Under the pieces are notes generated by a model that worked only from the letters and a program-made list of their open reading frames with translations, was not told where the DNA came from and searched no databases. Positions 12,001-24,900 of a DNA stretch of 64,000 nucleotides are shown here, piece by piece. The position numbers and the translations under genes were made by a program. The first letter of the stretch is position 1; every line of letters starts with the position of its first letter. Source of the stretch: Octopus sinensis (taxonomy: Eukaryota); the NCBI RefSeq assembly GCF_006345805.1, contig NC_043011.1, positions 9,052,001 through 9,116,000 of the forward strand. Reading direction: 5' to 3'.

Positions 12001-15000
12001 GAAATAACTCTACTTTTTTTCAACAATGATAAAATAATAATTGTTGCAATTTTAGCCATAAGGGCAGTAATTTTGAGGTAGGACGATAACACCATAACCT
12101 AATATGTGACTGGTATTATATTTATCGACAAAGTCTGTAGGGGAGGTGGTTGCTCTGAGAGAGCAGAGGCTAGAATAAGAATAGTCTGGGCAAAGTTCAG
12201 GGAGCTCCTACCTCTGCTAGCAACTAAGGGTCTCTTGCTCAGGATGAAAGGTGAACTGTATGATGCATGTGTGCAAAATGCCATGCTACATGGCAGTGCA
12301 ACATGGGCCATGACTGATGAGGACATGCGTAGTCTTGAAAGAAAGGAAGGCCAGTATGATCTGATGGATGGGTAATGCCAGTGTGCATACATGACAGAGT
12401 GTAAACACCCTGAGAGAAAAGTTGGGCATAAGCAGCACCAGATGTGGTGTGCAAGAGAGACGACTGCACTGGCATGGTCATGTGATGTGTATGGATGAGG
12501 ACAACTGTGTGAGGAAATGCCACTTCTTAACTGTGGAAGAGGTAGACCCAAGAAGACATGGGATAAGGTGGTGATGCATGACCTTCGAACATTGAGTCTC
12601 ACAGAAGCAATGACAGGAGACTGAGACCTTTGGAAATATGCTGTAAATGAGAAGACCCAGCAATGAAAGTGAGATCGCAGCCACACATGTCCAGCCCAGT
12701 TAAGTGTACCCCTGATGCGTGATGCTTGAGAAGATCTGCTGAGTCAAGTAAAACCAATATCGTGGCTGTGACCAGTGCCTCCTGACTGGCTCCCATGCCA
12801 GTGGCACATAAAAAACCACCATCTGAATGTGGCCGATGCCAGGACCCTGTGACTGGCTCTTGCGCTGGTGGCATGAAAAAAGCACTATCTGAACGTGATT
12901 GATGCCAGGCTCTTGGCCCAGTGGCATGAAAAAAGCGCTCACCACACTCTTGGAGTGGTTGGCATTAGGATGGGCATCCAGCTGTAGAAACTTTGCCAGA
13001 TCAGATTGGAGCCTGGTGTAGCTACTGGCTCTCCAAACCTCAGTCAAACCGTCCACCCATGCCAGCATGGAAAACAGACGTTAAATGATGATGATGACCC
13101 TGGAGGAATGGAAATTAAGAACTATCTGAGATTCTTCTTCTACAATAACAATAATAATACAGAGTACCTCAACAGGCATGATAGTGCAGTAAAGTTCATT
13201 GGGTAATATGCAAAAACTTAGACCTGTCCCATGATAAAAACTGGTGGGAACACAAACCACCTCCAGTGCTTGAAAATAATCACATCTCACTCCTCTGGAA
13301 CTTCACCATTCAAACTGACAGAAAGATAGATGCAAATAGGCCAGACATCATATTGAAAGACTTCAGACAAAGAACATGCCTCCTCATTGATATGACTGTC
13401 CCAATCGATACAAACGTATCTGTCAAGACCTACCAAAAACTGAGCGAGTATAAAGCCCTTGAGATAGAAATTAGCAAAATGTGGAACCTGAAGACTAAAA
13501 CAATACCTGTTGTCATAGGTGCCTGAGGAATGATAGCAAAAGGGGCTGATTGCTACATAGCTCAGATACCAGGAAACTCCAAAATGGCAGAAATTCAAAA
13601 GATAGTGCTCATGGGAACTGCCCATATCCTATGTAAAGTACTGTCGATGTAATCTCAAATTTTAAAACAAACTCATAATTTTCTTCTTTCCTTAAGCATT
13701 CTTTAGAACTATACTTTGTGCAAAACCAATATGGCACCTTAGGCATAACACCATGAACTTCTAACTTGTTGTCTCTCGATGAGACTTGGAGCCAACTTGT
13801 ACAAATACTAAGCAAAAGCCAAAGATAATAATAATAATAATAAATGGTTTGAAATTTTGGCACAAGGCCAGCAATTTCAAGGGAGGAGATCAGTTGATTT
13901 GACTGACCCCAGTATTCAACTGGTACTTATTCCACTGACCCTGAATGATGAAAGGCAAAGTCAACCATGGTGGAATTTGAACTTGGAACATAAAGACAGA
14001 TGGAAGGCCACTAAGCATTTTGCTTGGCATGCTAACTATCTGTAAGTTTGCTGCTGCTGCTGCTGCTACTACTACTACTACTCTTCTTCTTATTATTAAT
14101 AATAAAAATAATAATAATAGTGATAACAACAATAACAACAACAGTTTCAGACTTACACACAAGGCCAAGAAGTTTGAGGAGGAGGAGGAGGAGATTAGAG
14201 AATAGCATAAACCTGATTACTTGACTGTTCCCTTTTTTTATTAAACCCCTCCCGAACACACTCCAGATAGAGATGAAAACGCAAAGTTAAAGTTGATGGG
14301 AACTGAATTCAAAATGTAAAGAGCCAACAGAACAAACATTATGAGACAGATTGTCTGAAGTTGAACTGATTCTAATCAAAATAGTAATAAAGTTACCTTG
14401 AAATCTTCCAATGTGGAACCACCATCTCCAAACTCAAACACCACAAACAGTTGATCAGCTGAGAATATGTCTGGAAATAAAGTAAAAAAAAATTAAGAGC
14501 ATTTCCTTGCATAAAATTGGTTAACAACGAAGTCAGTGACACAAACCTGACCAAAGTGAAATATTTGGTTCCCATGACAACAACACTGTTGTCCTCTTAT
14601 ATAGAATTAAATGACATATCATCATCATCGTTTAACATCTGCTTTCCATGCTAGCATGGGTTAGACGAATGACTGAGGGCTGGCAAACCAGATGGCTGCA
14701 CCAGGCTCCAATCTTGATCTGGCAGTGTTTCTACAGCTGGATGCCCTTCCTAATGCCAACCACTCCGAGAGTGTAGTGGGTGCTTTTTACATGCCACTGG
14801 CACGGGGGCCAGTCAAGCGGTACTGGCAATGACATTGCTCGAATCTTTTTACACATGCCACCGGCACAGGTGCCAGTAAGGTGATGCTGGTAACAGTCAC
14901 GCTCGAATGGAGGCCAGATAGCCGCTCCGGCAACGATCACGCTCAAATGGTGCTCTCACAGGTTAACAATTGCTTGCCATTACTAATTACAACATCTTGT

Positions 15001-15742
15001 ATTTGATACAATTATTTTCATTTTTGCTTACACCAAAATTAACATAAGCGAGACACAATAATTAATGTGGTATCTATTTACAGCTAACAATACTGAGTCA
15101 TTTAGAATAAAGTCTATAAAACATGGTCCCTCCCAGTTCCATGAGGAGGTAAATGGTGATGTCTCAAGCTGGAAGCTCCTCCAAACACAAAGTTATTTTA
15201 CAAACTTCATTAACCCTTTCGTTACCAACCTGGCTAAAACCAGCTCTGGCTCTGTAGTACAAATGTCTTGTTTTCAAAAGTTCTGAATTAAGATCTTCCA
15301 ACAAACCTTAGTCACAATATATGTTCCTAACACCAGCTTAATGATGACTAAGTCATTTCAATAAATTCTTTGTTATCATCATCATCATCATCATCATCGT
15401 TTAACGTCCGCTTTCCATGCTGGCATGGGTTGGACGGTTCAACTGGGTTCTGGGAAGCCAGATGGCTGCACCAGGCCCAGTCTGATCTGGCAGTGTTTCT
15501 ATAGCTGGATGCCCTTCCTAACGCCAACCACTCCGTGAGTGTAGTTATTATTATTATTATTGTTGTTATTATTATTATTATTCATTTTGTTCATCGTGTA
15601 CAAGTACGTATGTGTTCAATATTGTTTTATTCAATTTTAGAAAAACTGAAACATGTCATGGACAATTCTAGAACATTGAATTTTGTGCATGACTTTTGGC
15701 TCATCCTGTATGTATGTATGTATGTGTGTGTATGCATGTATG

Positions 15743-15783
<41 letters not shown>

Positions 15784-18700
15784 ATATGTATATATATACA
15801 TATGTATATGTATGTATTTTGGCCTGCTGACTTAGTCAGTAGGGTGGCCTCATTAGAAAGCTAAAACGATGCAAAGTGCATTGTGACTAGCGATTTAAAA
15901 TTAATTGAAAGAAACACAGAGCATCTCAACAGAAATACGGTAACAAAAGGGTTAAATGCTTCTAAAACGAGACTTCCACATTTTCGTTTCTTTTCTCTTT
16001 TACTAAATTTTCCATCACTGCTGAAGACACCTCAGAAAGTTGGTGACACTTCACAGGCCATCATCATTATCAGTATCATCGTCATCATTTTATGGATCAG
16101 ACAGTTTCTGAAGCAGGATTTCTATGGCCTTCCTCTTGCTTCCAGGAAAGGGTAACAATTCCCCAGGACCAAACATGTTTTCACAGAAGATTGGAAATGA
16201 ATGACACTGCTTGTGTAACAGTGACACTCATTTACAATAATGATGTGATTTCAAAAGAAGGGGACTGAAACACACAAGTACAGATATGTCTATATATGAC
16301 AGGCCTCTTACAACTTTGGCCAATCAAATCCACACACAAGGCTTTGGGAGACCCCAGTTGCCTAAGGCTGCATGCAGTGGTACTGCACCCCAAACCACGG
16401 GGTTGGGAAGCAAACTTGTCGACCCCATAGCCACCCGTGCACCAGTGTCTCCCCCCTTAGGCAGAAATATTACAGTGAGGTTCATAATTACTACAATCAC
16501 TAAAACATAATTACATAAAGAACTCTTTGCCTGTCTTTTAGATATTCTCCAGAGACTAGAAGCAACATGTAATATATATATATATATATACTGACCTGGT
16601 CTGTCGTTATCAGATTGCTTATTCTTGTGGAATATATCCCACTGTTTCAGTAATTGAGCTGGGTATTTCCCTTTTACACAGCTTACGCTATAAGGAAAGT
16701 GAAAGAGAGATCATAGAATTTTATAAAGTTTAATAGTGGTTGTGGTGATAATGGCAGAAGATAAGCAGCTATTAGTCCTGAGGTCTGTAATCCTTGGGTG
16801 GCTGAGTTGTTGGTGAGTCTCCTCTCAGTATAAATCAGTCCACCATATAGTAACGTTGGCCACAAAGCCTTTTTCAGCTGATTTCATTGTGACATCATAA
16901 CAAATCCAAACGCTGTCCACATATGTCCACGTGTAGACTACAAAGTAAAGTTTTGGAGTTTCCTTCAAAATCTAAAATCGTTATACCAATTCTGGCAGAA
17001 GATTCCGTGGCTGACCATGGCAATATCAAAGAATACAGTCAACAACCCGTAATACAGATGACCAACACATTGTTGTTGGGTGCAGTTGTTGAAGCAGCAG
17101 CAGCAGCGCATATTTTAGCAGGACAGAAGCTGGGTTCAGTTTTTGCCAATTCCATCATATACCTGCATGGTTTATCTTTACCATTAAATGCTTCTAGAGT
17201 TTACCAATGCCATCGTGTGCCTGCCTCCATGATATACCAACACCCACGTCTTCATTATCTAAGACAGACCACAGCAGTCAATAGCCACTTCCAAAGTTAA
17301 GACAAAAGAGAGAGAGACACACAGACAGACTTACTCGTTCACTGAGATGAAATTCCTTGTCTGCTCCTCAACACCAAACTGCAATTCACTGAGTTCTCTG
17401 TTGAAATAAAACAGCCATAGTTACCATAGTTATGCAATGAATACTACTACTACTACTACTGTATCCACAATACTTCCACTTGCCAAAGCATGAGATCAAT
17501 ATTCCAAAGAAAAAAAAAAGGGACAGATGACCAGGAGGTATGACTGGTATTATATTGACCTTGAAGGGAAAAAATACTTAGTCAACCGCAGTAGAATTTG
17601 AACCTACAAAATTGAAATGCAGAAGTTTTTACAGTCAGAACCACCTCTGCAACCTCAATAACAAGATCAGGGGGTAAACATTTGAATAAATATTTTGGCA
17701 GTAAGGAACTGTGGTAAGATGTGATCAGTGGTTGTCTACAGCCCACAGTGGTGAGACTTTGCTACTCCTGTTGTTCTGATATAACCACACCAGGCTGCCA
17801 TATATAATAATAATAATAATAATAATAAAAAGAAAAATGTTGACAGTACATGGAGCTTTGCACCCTAAAAGTAACACTGATAGACTATACTTGTCCAGAA
17901 GAAAGGGTGGGAGAGGTCTGATCAGCTGCCAGGACTGTCTCGAAGCAGGGAGCTATTGCTGAAATACAAAGAAGGCCAGCGCCATCAAAACTGAGAATTG
18001 TGTAATGAAAGAAAAAATTGAAGAAGAAATGAACACAAAAAAAGTAACAGCATAGAAGGAGAGAGAAATGTATGGTCAGTTCACAAGAGATGTGAACGCC
18101 AACACAGATACAGAGTACCGAAGGCTATTGATGAGGAGGAGTGACCTGAAGATAGAGATAAAAGCACTCATATGTGCAGCTAAAGAACAAGCATTAAGGA
18201 TCAACTATATGAAGTGCAGAATAGACAGCAATACCGATAGCAACAAGTGCAGAATGTGTGGTGAGAGAGGTGAAACGGTATGGCACATTGATAGTGAATG
18301 CCTAAAATTGGCAAAACGCAAATACAAAAGATGCCATGATAATGTGGCAGGAAGGATCCATTGGGACCTCTGTAGAAATCATGGCTTACAAAGAGCAAAG
18401 ATGAGGTATGAGCAAACCCCAGGAGTCAGCGAGGATGAGAATTGCAAAATCCTGTGGGATGCAATGATCCAGTGCAATCACCTGACCAGACATAGGAAAC
18501 AAGGCCTGAAATTTTTTGGGGGGGGAGAATAGTTGATTACATCAACCCCAGTGTTTAACTGGTACTTAATTTATTGATGTTGAAAGGATGAAAGGTAAAG
18601 TTGACCTTGGAACATGAAGATGGACGAAATACTGCTAAGCATTTTCTCCAGCATGCTAACGATTCTGCCAGCTCAATGCCATAATAATAATAATAATAAT

Positions 18701-21700
18701 AATAGCAGTGAGGGAGAATCATAACCATGTATTGAGAGGAATTCTTTGGGGTTTGGATACTTCATCTCTGGAAACATGGGTATCTAATTCAACATCCTTA
18801 AACAATGCTTATTCAGGGACTTTTTGAGCAAGATGGGGTACTCGACCTGAAGAAAATTCTAACTGGGCTCCACTTGAAAGGTCGTGCGCTGGTTGTCTTG
18901 ATATGAGGTCACCATGTTACACACATGGTTGTGATGCATGTGCCTGGTGTACCCTTATAGGATGGGTAGTCATGATGGGTATACTGGGCTGTGTATATTT
19001 TACCCCAGTGTCACTTTGATAGCATGCACTGCCCTTTCACTCAATAATAATAATAATAAAAAAAAAAGCAAACTTACTGTGAGATCACAATTTCTGGCAG
19101 CATCTCCCCAAAGGTTTTCTGTGCACAATCATTAACATTAAAGGTACCTTCAATTGGAATGATCTGGAGAAGAAGAAAATATAATTCAGGTAAATGTTAA
19201 GAATTCTGATCAGAAAAGAACCCCAAAATTATAGAGGAAGTGGGCATTGTTGCCGTTTTACAGTTGCTTTTAATGTTTGTAAAAACAGGGTGGTTGGAAC
19301 CAAATCTCTTTATGGATGACTCTTTATTTCTACAGTTAATTGCTGCTGCCACCACTATCATCATCATCATCATCAGAAATATCTTTGAACTGACATCAGT
19401 ATGAAGGAGAGGGGGGGAGGGCAAATTTGTATCTCCTTTCTCTCTTACTGTTGTCGTTGTTTGGCCAAAGGTCAGCTCTGACAAAGCTGAATTAGGATCA
19501 TAGGTGTTCAAACCATGACTAGCTTGTCTTTCCATATACACCAGCAACCACACTGTTCAGTCTATCCCTCCATCATTTAAGATTTAAGGGACATTTGGCT
19601 ACTAGTTCTAGCAAACTGGATGACCACTTACAGACTAAATGGTAGTGCTAGAGAGACAAAAATAAAACTTAAAAATCCTATTTTTTTTAAACAGCAGAGC
19701 ATGAAAACAAGTCAACTGCAAATGCAAGAAGTAAACTGAACTATTTCTAGGAAATTTTGCCATCAAAAAATTTGCAGTTAAGAAAGAAAAAATTCTGTTT
19801 TCTTAAAATGTCAACTTCATCGACTAAGCTAGCAATAAGAGAAAGTTAATTTCTTTAAAATGAACAAACTAGTTGACAGTCTGCTTATGGGCCTCCTTTA
19901 TGGTGAAATTTACCACAGCAAAAATGTTTATGGTGAATTTTCCAGACCTGGGCTCAACTGAGTGAAATATTTCTGAAAAGAAAGGTAAATCTTTGTGTAA
20001 AATTGTAGCCTCAGTCGATGATTTATGGAGTATTCATCATCATCATCATCATTTAACATCTGTTGTCCATGCTGGGCATGGGCTGGACAGTTTGACCAGG
20101 GCTGGCAGGCTGAGGGGCTGCATGAGACTCCAGTTTGTTTTGGCATGGTTTCTATGGCTGGATGCCATATAGGCAGCAAGCTGGCAGAAACGTTAGCGCA
20201 CTGGGCGAAATGCTTAGCAGTATTTCATCTGTCGTTACGTTCTGAGTTCAAATTCCGCTGAGGTCGACTTTGCCTTTCATTCTTTTGGGGTCGATAAATA
20301 AATTACCAGTTTCGCACTGGGGTCGAGGTAATCGACTTAATCCCTTTGTCTGTCCTTGTTTGTCCCCTTGTGGGCAGTAAAGAAATATATGGCTGGATGG
20401 CCTTTCCTAATGCCAACCACTCCAAGAGTGTACTGGGTGCTGTTCTGCACCACCGGCACAGATGCGTGACACTATAACTAGGATTTCACTTGGCTTGGTG
20501 GGTCTTCTTCTCAAGCACAACATAAAAAAAAAGAAAAAAAGAGAGAGAGAAAAAAAGCTGTAACTTACTTTTAGTGCCACAGACTTTTTATGTTTGGTTG
20601 TTCGGAAAACTTCTCCATACACACCTTCACCAATCTTCACACATTTCTGCATAACACTGCAACAGAATGAAAATACTCAAAGCCTGGAAGGACAGACGGG
20701 AAGCTGACTATCCATCACCTTTTTTACAATGGATCAAAAGAGGGAAGAACAGCACCCATGAATGTTTTTTAAGGTTTCAACGACTGATGGCGAGCCTCCA
20801 GATATTTATGGCGGGGAACTGAGCTGAATTTTTACAGCAGAGTGGATACTGTTAAAAGCACCCCAGGACCAAATCCTGCTAGATGTATCCCAGGACCAGA
20901 TCCTGTTAGAAGTACCTCAAGACCAGATCCTGCTAGAGGTACCCCAGGACCAGATCCTGCTAGAGTTACCCTAGGATCAGATCCTGTTAGAGGTACCCCA
21001 AGACCAGATCCTGCTAGAGGTACCCCAGGACCAGATCTTACTAGAGTTACCCCAGGGCTAGATACTGCTAGAGTTACCACAGGATTAGATCCTATTAGAA
21101 GTACCCCAGGACCAGATCCTGCTAGAAGTTGTGATAGTCATGGCTTTCTCAGGAATGATAGATATGTTAAAGAAAAAAATAATCGTTGAATTTAGTTCAT
21201 CAAGATTTTGTACAGCCAGTGGCATCAGGCCAACAGCTGCACCTGATGCATTAGACATCAGGACAACAGCTGCACCTGATGCATTAGACATCAGGACAAC
21301 CACAGCAGCACATCATCCTGTGCAGCAGTTCGGTCAAAAGAGCAACTGGGAATATGAAAATGTTGTTTTGATTGTTTTTTTTAATAATAGATAGAAAGCT
21401 TTTGAGATATTGTGGGGTGGAGGGCAAGAAGTGAGGTGTGTCTGGTTGAGGATGATGTGGGGGCATCCCATACAAGAGAACTGGAAGTAGTGATGGTCAT
21501 GCTGTACCTGTGAACGTATATTTATAGTGTGGTAAAACACAGAAGAGATGCTGCAACAACTGGGAAGAGAGAATGGGGGGTGGGCGGGTGGAAGAATGGG
21601 CTGCGGGGGGGGGGGGGGGGCAAAGGAAGGGTCGACAAGTCTGTGACTGGTTATTTTTTTTAAAGAAAGAAAAAATTTAAAAAAAAGTAACACATTGACA

Positions 21701-21867
21701 ATAATTTCAGTAATAAATTAAAAAATAAATTCAAGATAAACAAAGTGAGGAGAAACAAAATGGAAGTCACATGGAAAAAAACTCAAAAATGTAAAGAAAT
21801 AAAACATAAGGGGGGGGGATTTCCTTTCCTTCTTTAAGGAAAAATTTGTTATTTATATGTATGTGTG

Positions 21868-21909
<42 letters not shown>

Positions 21910-24900
21910 ATCCAAACATGAACAAAGAGAAAACACAACAACATGAGGATGTGGAACAAGTATAGTGTTATTGGACGATCAGGAAAGGAAAGGAAAGAAG
22001 GAGGATTTAATGTTTCGAGCGGAGCTCTTCGTCAGAAACATAGAAAGAGGAAAGGTCCAAGGAAGGGAAGACGGAGGAAGAAAATCACCAACGATACACA
22101 CGCGGCCCCATATTGAATCGCATATATATAATGTGTTTCTTTAAGACTGATTAGCAGAGTTAGGGCCATCTACAAGGTGCCTCTTTGCCTGTGGTGTGCT
22201 GGTGGATGTTCTATTTTTCTATGCCAGCATGGGTTAGAAGCATACACTTTATTGAAGCATTGTTTTATAGCCAGATACTCTTCTTGACAGTAACTCTTGC
22301 CCGTTTTTCATATAAGGAATTCTTTCTTTGACATGTCTTCTAAGGCACAGAGCTTTCAAATAGTCTGATGCTAGAGAACTGTCAACAATCTTCACCATTT
22401 GTAGCTCAACACTTTTACATGCAAAACAAAAACAAAATGTATGCATTCATAGACACATTGACATATACACAGACAGACAGACATATGCATACACATATAC
22501 ACACCAAGCTTCATACAGTTTCCTTCTCTGAAATTCACACAAACATTGGTTGGCCGGAGCTAGAGGGCGAAGACACTTGTTCAATGTACGGCACAGTGGA
22601 AGTGACCCGGAAACCATGTGATAGAGAAACAAACTGCCAAACCATCACAGTTATACGTGTGCCTATTTCATAATGACAATTATTTGATAACTAATTAAAT
22701 CTAATCAAAAACAAACAAAAAAAAGACTTACTCTGGTTTGATGCACTCAGTGAATGAAATAAATCGATCCTGTTGACACTGCTTCAATATTTTGGATTTC
22801 GGAGAAAGTGGACACTTGATGGGTGACAGGATGGCCTGGTGACAGAGGTGAGAGGTGGGTGACAACAAGACATCTTATTTATTTATGAGAGAGAGAGAGA
22901 CACACAGATAAAGGGAGAGAAAGAAAGACAAAAAGAGATAAAGAGACAGACAATGACAAAGATATGCAGACAGAGAGAGTGTGTGAGAGAAGTGGAGAGT
23001 GTGTGAGAGAAATCTGGTGCCCAACACTGAAGTAGAGAAGTGTGAAAGAGTTGAGAGAAAGAAGTGAAAGTTGAGGGTTAGTTTGTTGTTTATTTAAAGG
23101 TGAGAAGAGAAGGAGCAGAAGTGATGATCCTTGTCTGTTTGCTGAGTGTTAGGAAGTGTAGGATAATGTCAGTGAGGTGGGAACTAGAGGTCAGTACTGT
23201 CTGAAGAACACCTGGAAAGTGATTTCAATGGCAGGAACTAGAAATCTTACAAAAGGTAGAAGTCTATGTACGGACACCCAAGCATCCAATGTGTAAGGGG
23301 TTAGTTATCCTTAAAAAAACACAACATGGGAAATAAGGAATAAACCTTTGCTATCATCTAAGGATGTCTTAGAGGAGGCAGAGTGGCTTGAGTGAATAAG
23401 AGAGGAATATAGAATGGGGAAGAAATGAAGGAAAGTAAATGGTCTCAGTAAGATTGGATGTCTTTGAGGATGAAACAGCAAATGTTTTGTGTAAAGACTT
23501 AAATCTGTGATGGGCCCTACTTAACCTTTTAGATTTAGATCAGCGAATGAAGGTCCTTGCTTAACCATGAAGGACTCTGATGAAGGATTCTGCTCAACTT
23601 CTAGGACTTTGGTTTGTAATGAAGTTTTCCACTCAACTCTTTAGACTGATCTGTGAATGAAGGCGCCTGAAGAGTCTTTTAGAAATGTTCTGGTTCATCA
23701 ACACACAGATCTTGCCTATGTGTAAGTCAGAGGCAGCATCAGTGCCAAGAGAGATAAACAGAGAGAAAGTGTGTGTGTGTGTGAGTGGTTTGTGGTAATG
23801 GATGCATACAGTAAAAACATGGAACTAAATACCACAAGCTATTGAAGGTTACGGAGAGGGTCATAGCCCAACTGATTAGGGAGAGAGTCAACTTGGACGA
23901 GATGCAGTTTGGATTTGTGCCAGGGAAAAGCACCACTGATGCCATATTTCTGGTGAGACAGCTGCAGGAGAAATACCTAGCCAAAGATAAACCTCTGTAC
24001 CTGGCTTTCGTCGACATGGAGAAAGCCTTTGACAGGGTCCCCCGATCCCTTATCTGGTGGTCAATGAGGAAACTAAGGATAGATGAATGGTTAGTGAGAG
24101 CTGTACGAGCCATGTACAGGGACGCTGTTAGTAAGGTGAGGGTTGGCAACAAGTACAGTGAAGAATTCCGGGTAGAGGTAGGGGTCCACCAAGGTTCAGT
24201 CCTAAGCCCCCTCCTATTTATCATAGTCCTCCAAGCAATAACGGAGGAACTCAAGACAGGTAGCCCCAGGGAGCTCCTCTATGCTGATGACCTTGCCCTA
24301 ATTGCTGAGTCACTATCAGAACTGGAGGAGAAGTTTCAGGTGTGGAAGCAAGGATTACAATCGAAGGGCCTTAGAGTCAACCTAGCTAAAACCAAAGTCG
24401 TAATCAGTAGGAAGGTAGACAAATCACAAACGCCTTCAGGTAGATGGCCCTGCTCGATCTGTAGAAAAGGCGTAGGTAGAAACTCTATAAGATGCATCAA
24501 GTGTAAGCTATGGACACATAAGAGGTGCAGCAATGTCAAAGGGAGGCTAACTGGGAGGATAGTTTTTGTATGTGGCAAACTAGGAAAATAGTTTTTGTTT
24601 GTTGCAGATGCTCAGGAGTAATAAACACTGAAAATACAGAGAGACCATCTTCTACCACATTCCAGGGAGAAAAACTAGAAGTAGTTGATAGCTTCCGCTA
24701 CCTAGGTGACCAAGTCTGTAGCGGGGGTGGGTGTGCTGAAAGTGTAACTGCTAGAGTAAGAATAGCCTGGGCAAAGTTCAGAGAGCTCTTACCCCTGCTG
24801 GTGACAAAAGGCCTCTCGCTCAGAGTAAAAGGCAGACTGTATGATGCATGTGTACGAACAGCCATGCTACATGGTAGTAAAACATGAGCTGTGACTGCTG

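Noticed and set aside
20842-21189. PGPDPARGT-repeat ORF as a collagen- or mucin-like gene or alternative haspin exon
   Set aside because: It lies within an intron, unit variation is non-synonymous in both open frames, and I found no convincing splice sites.
21861-21905. Regularly patterned repeats as CRISPR-like arrays anywhere in the window
   Set aside because: Eukaryotic context; the repeats are microsatellites or minisatellites without unique spacers or cas genes.
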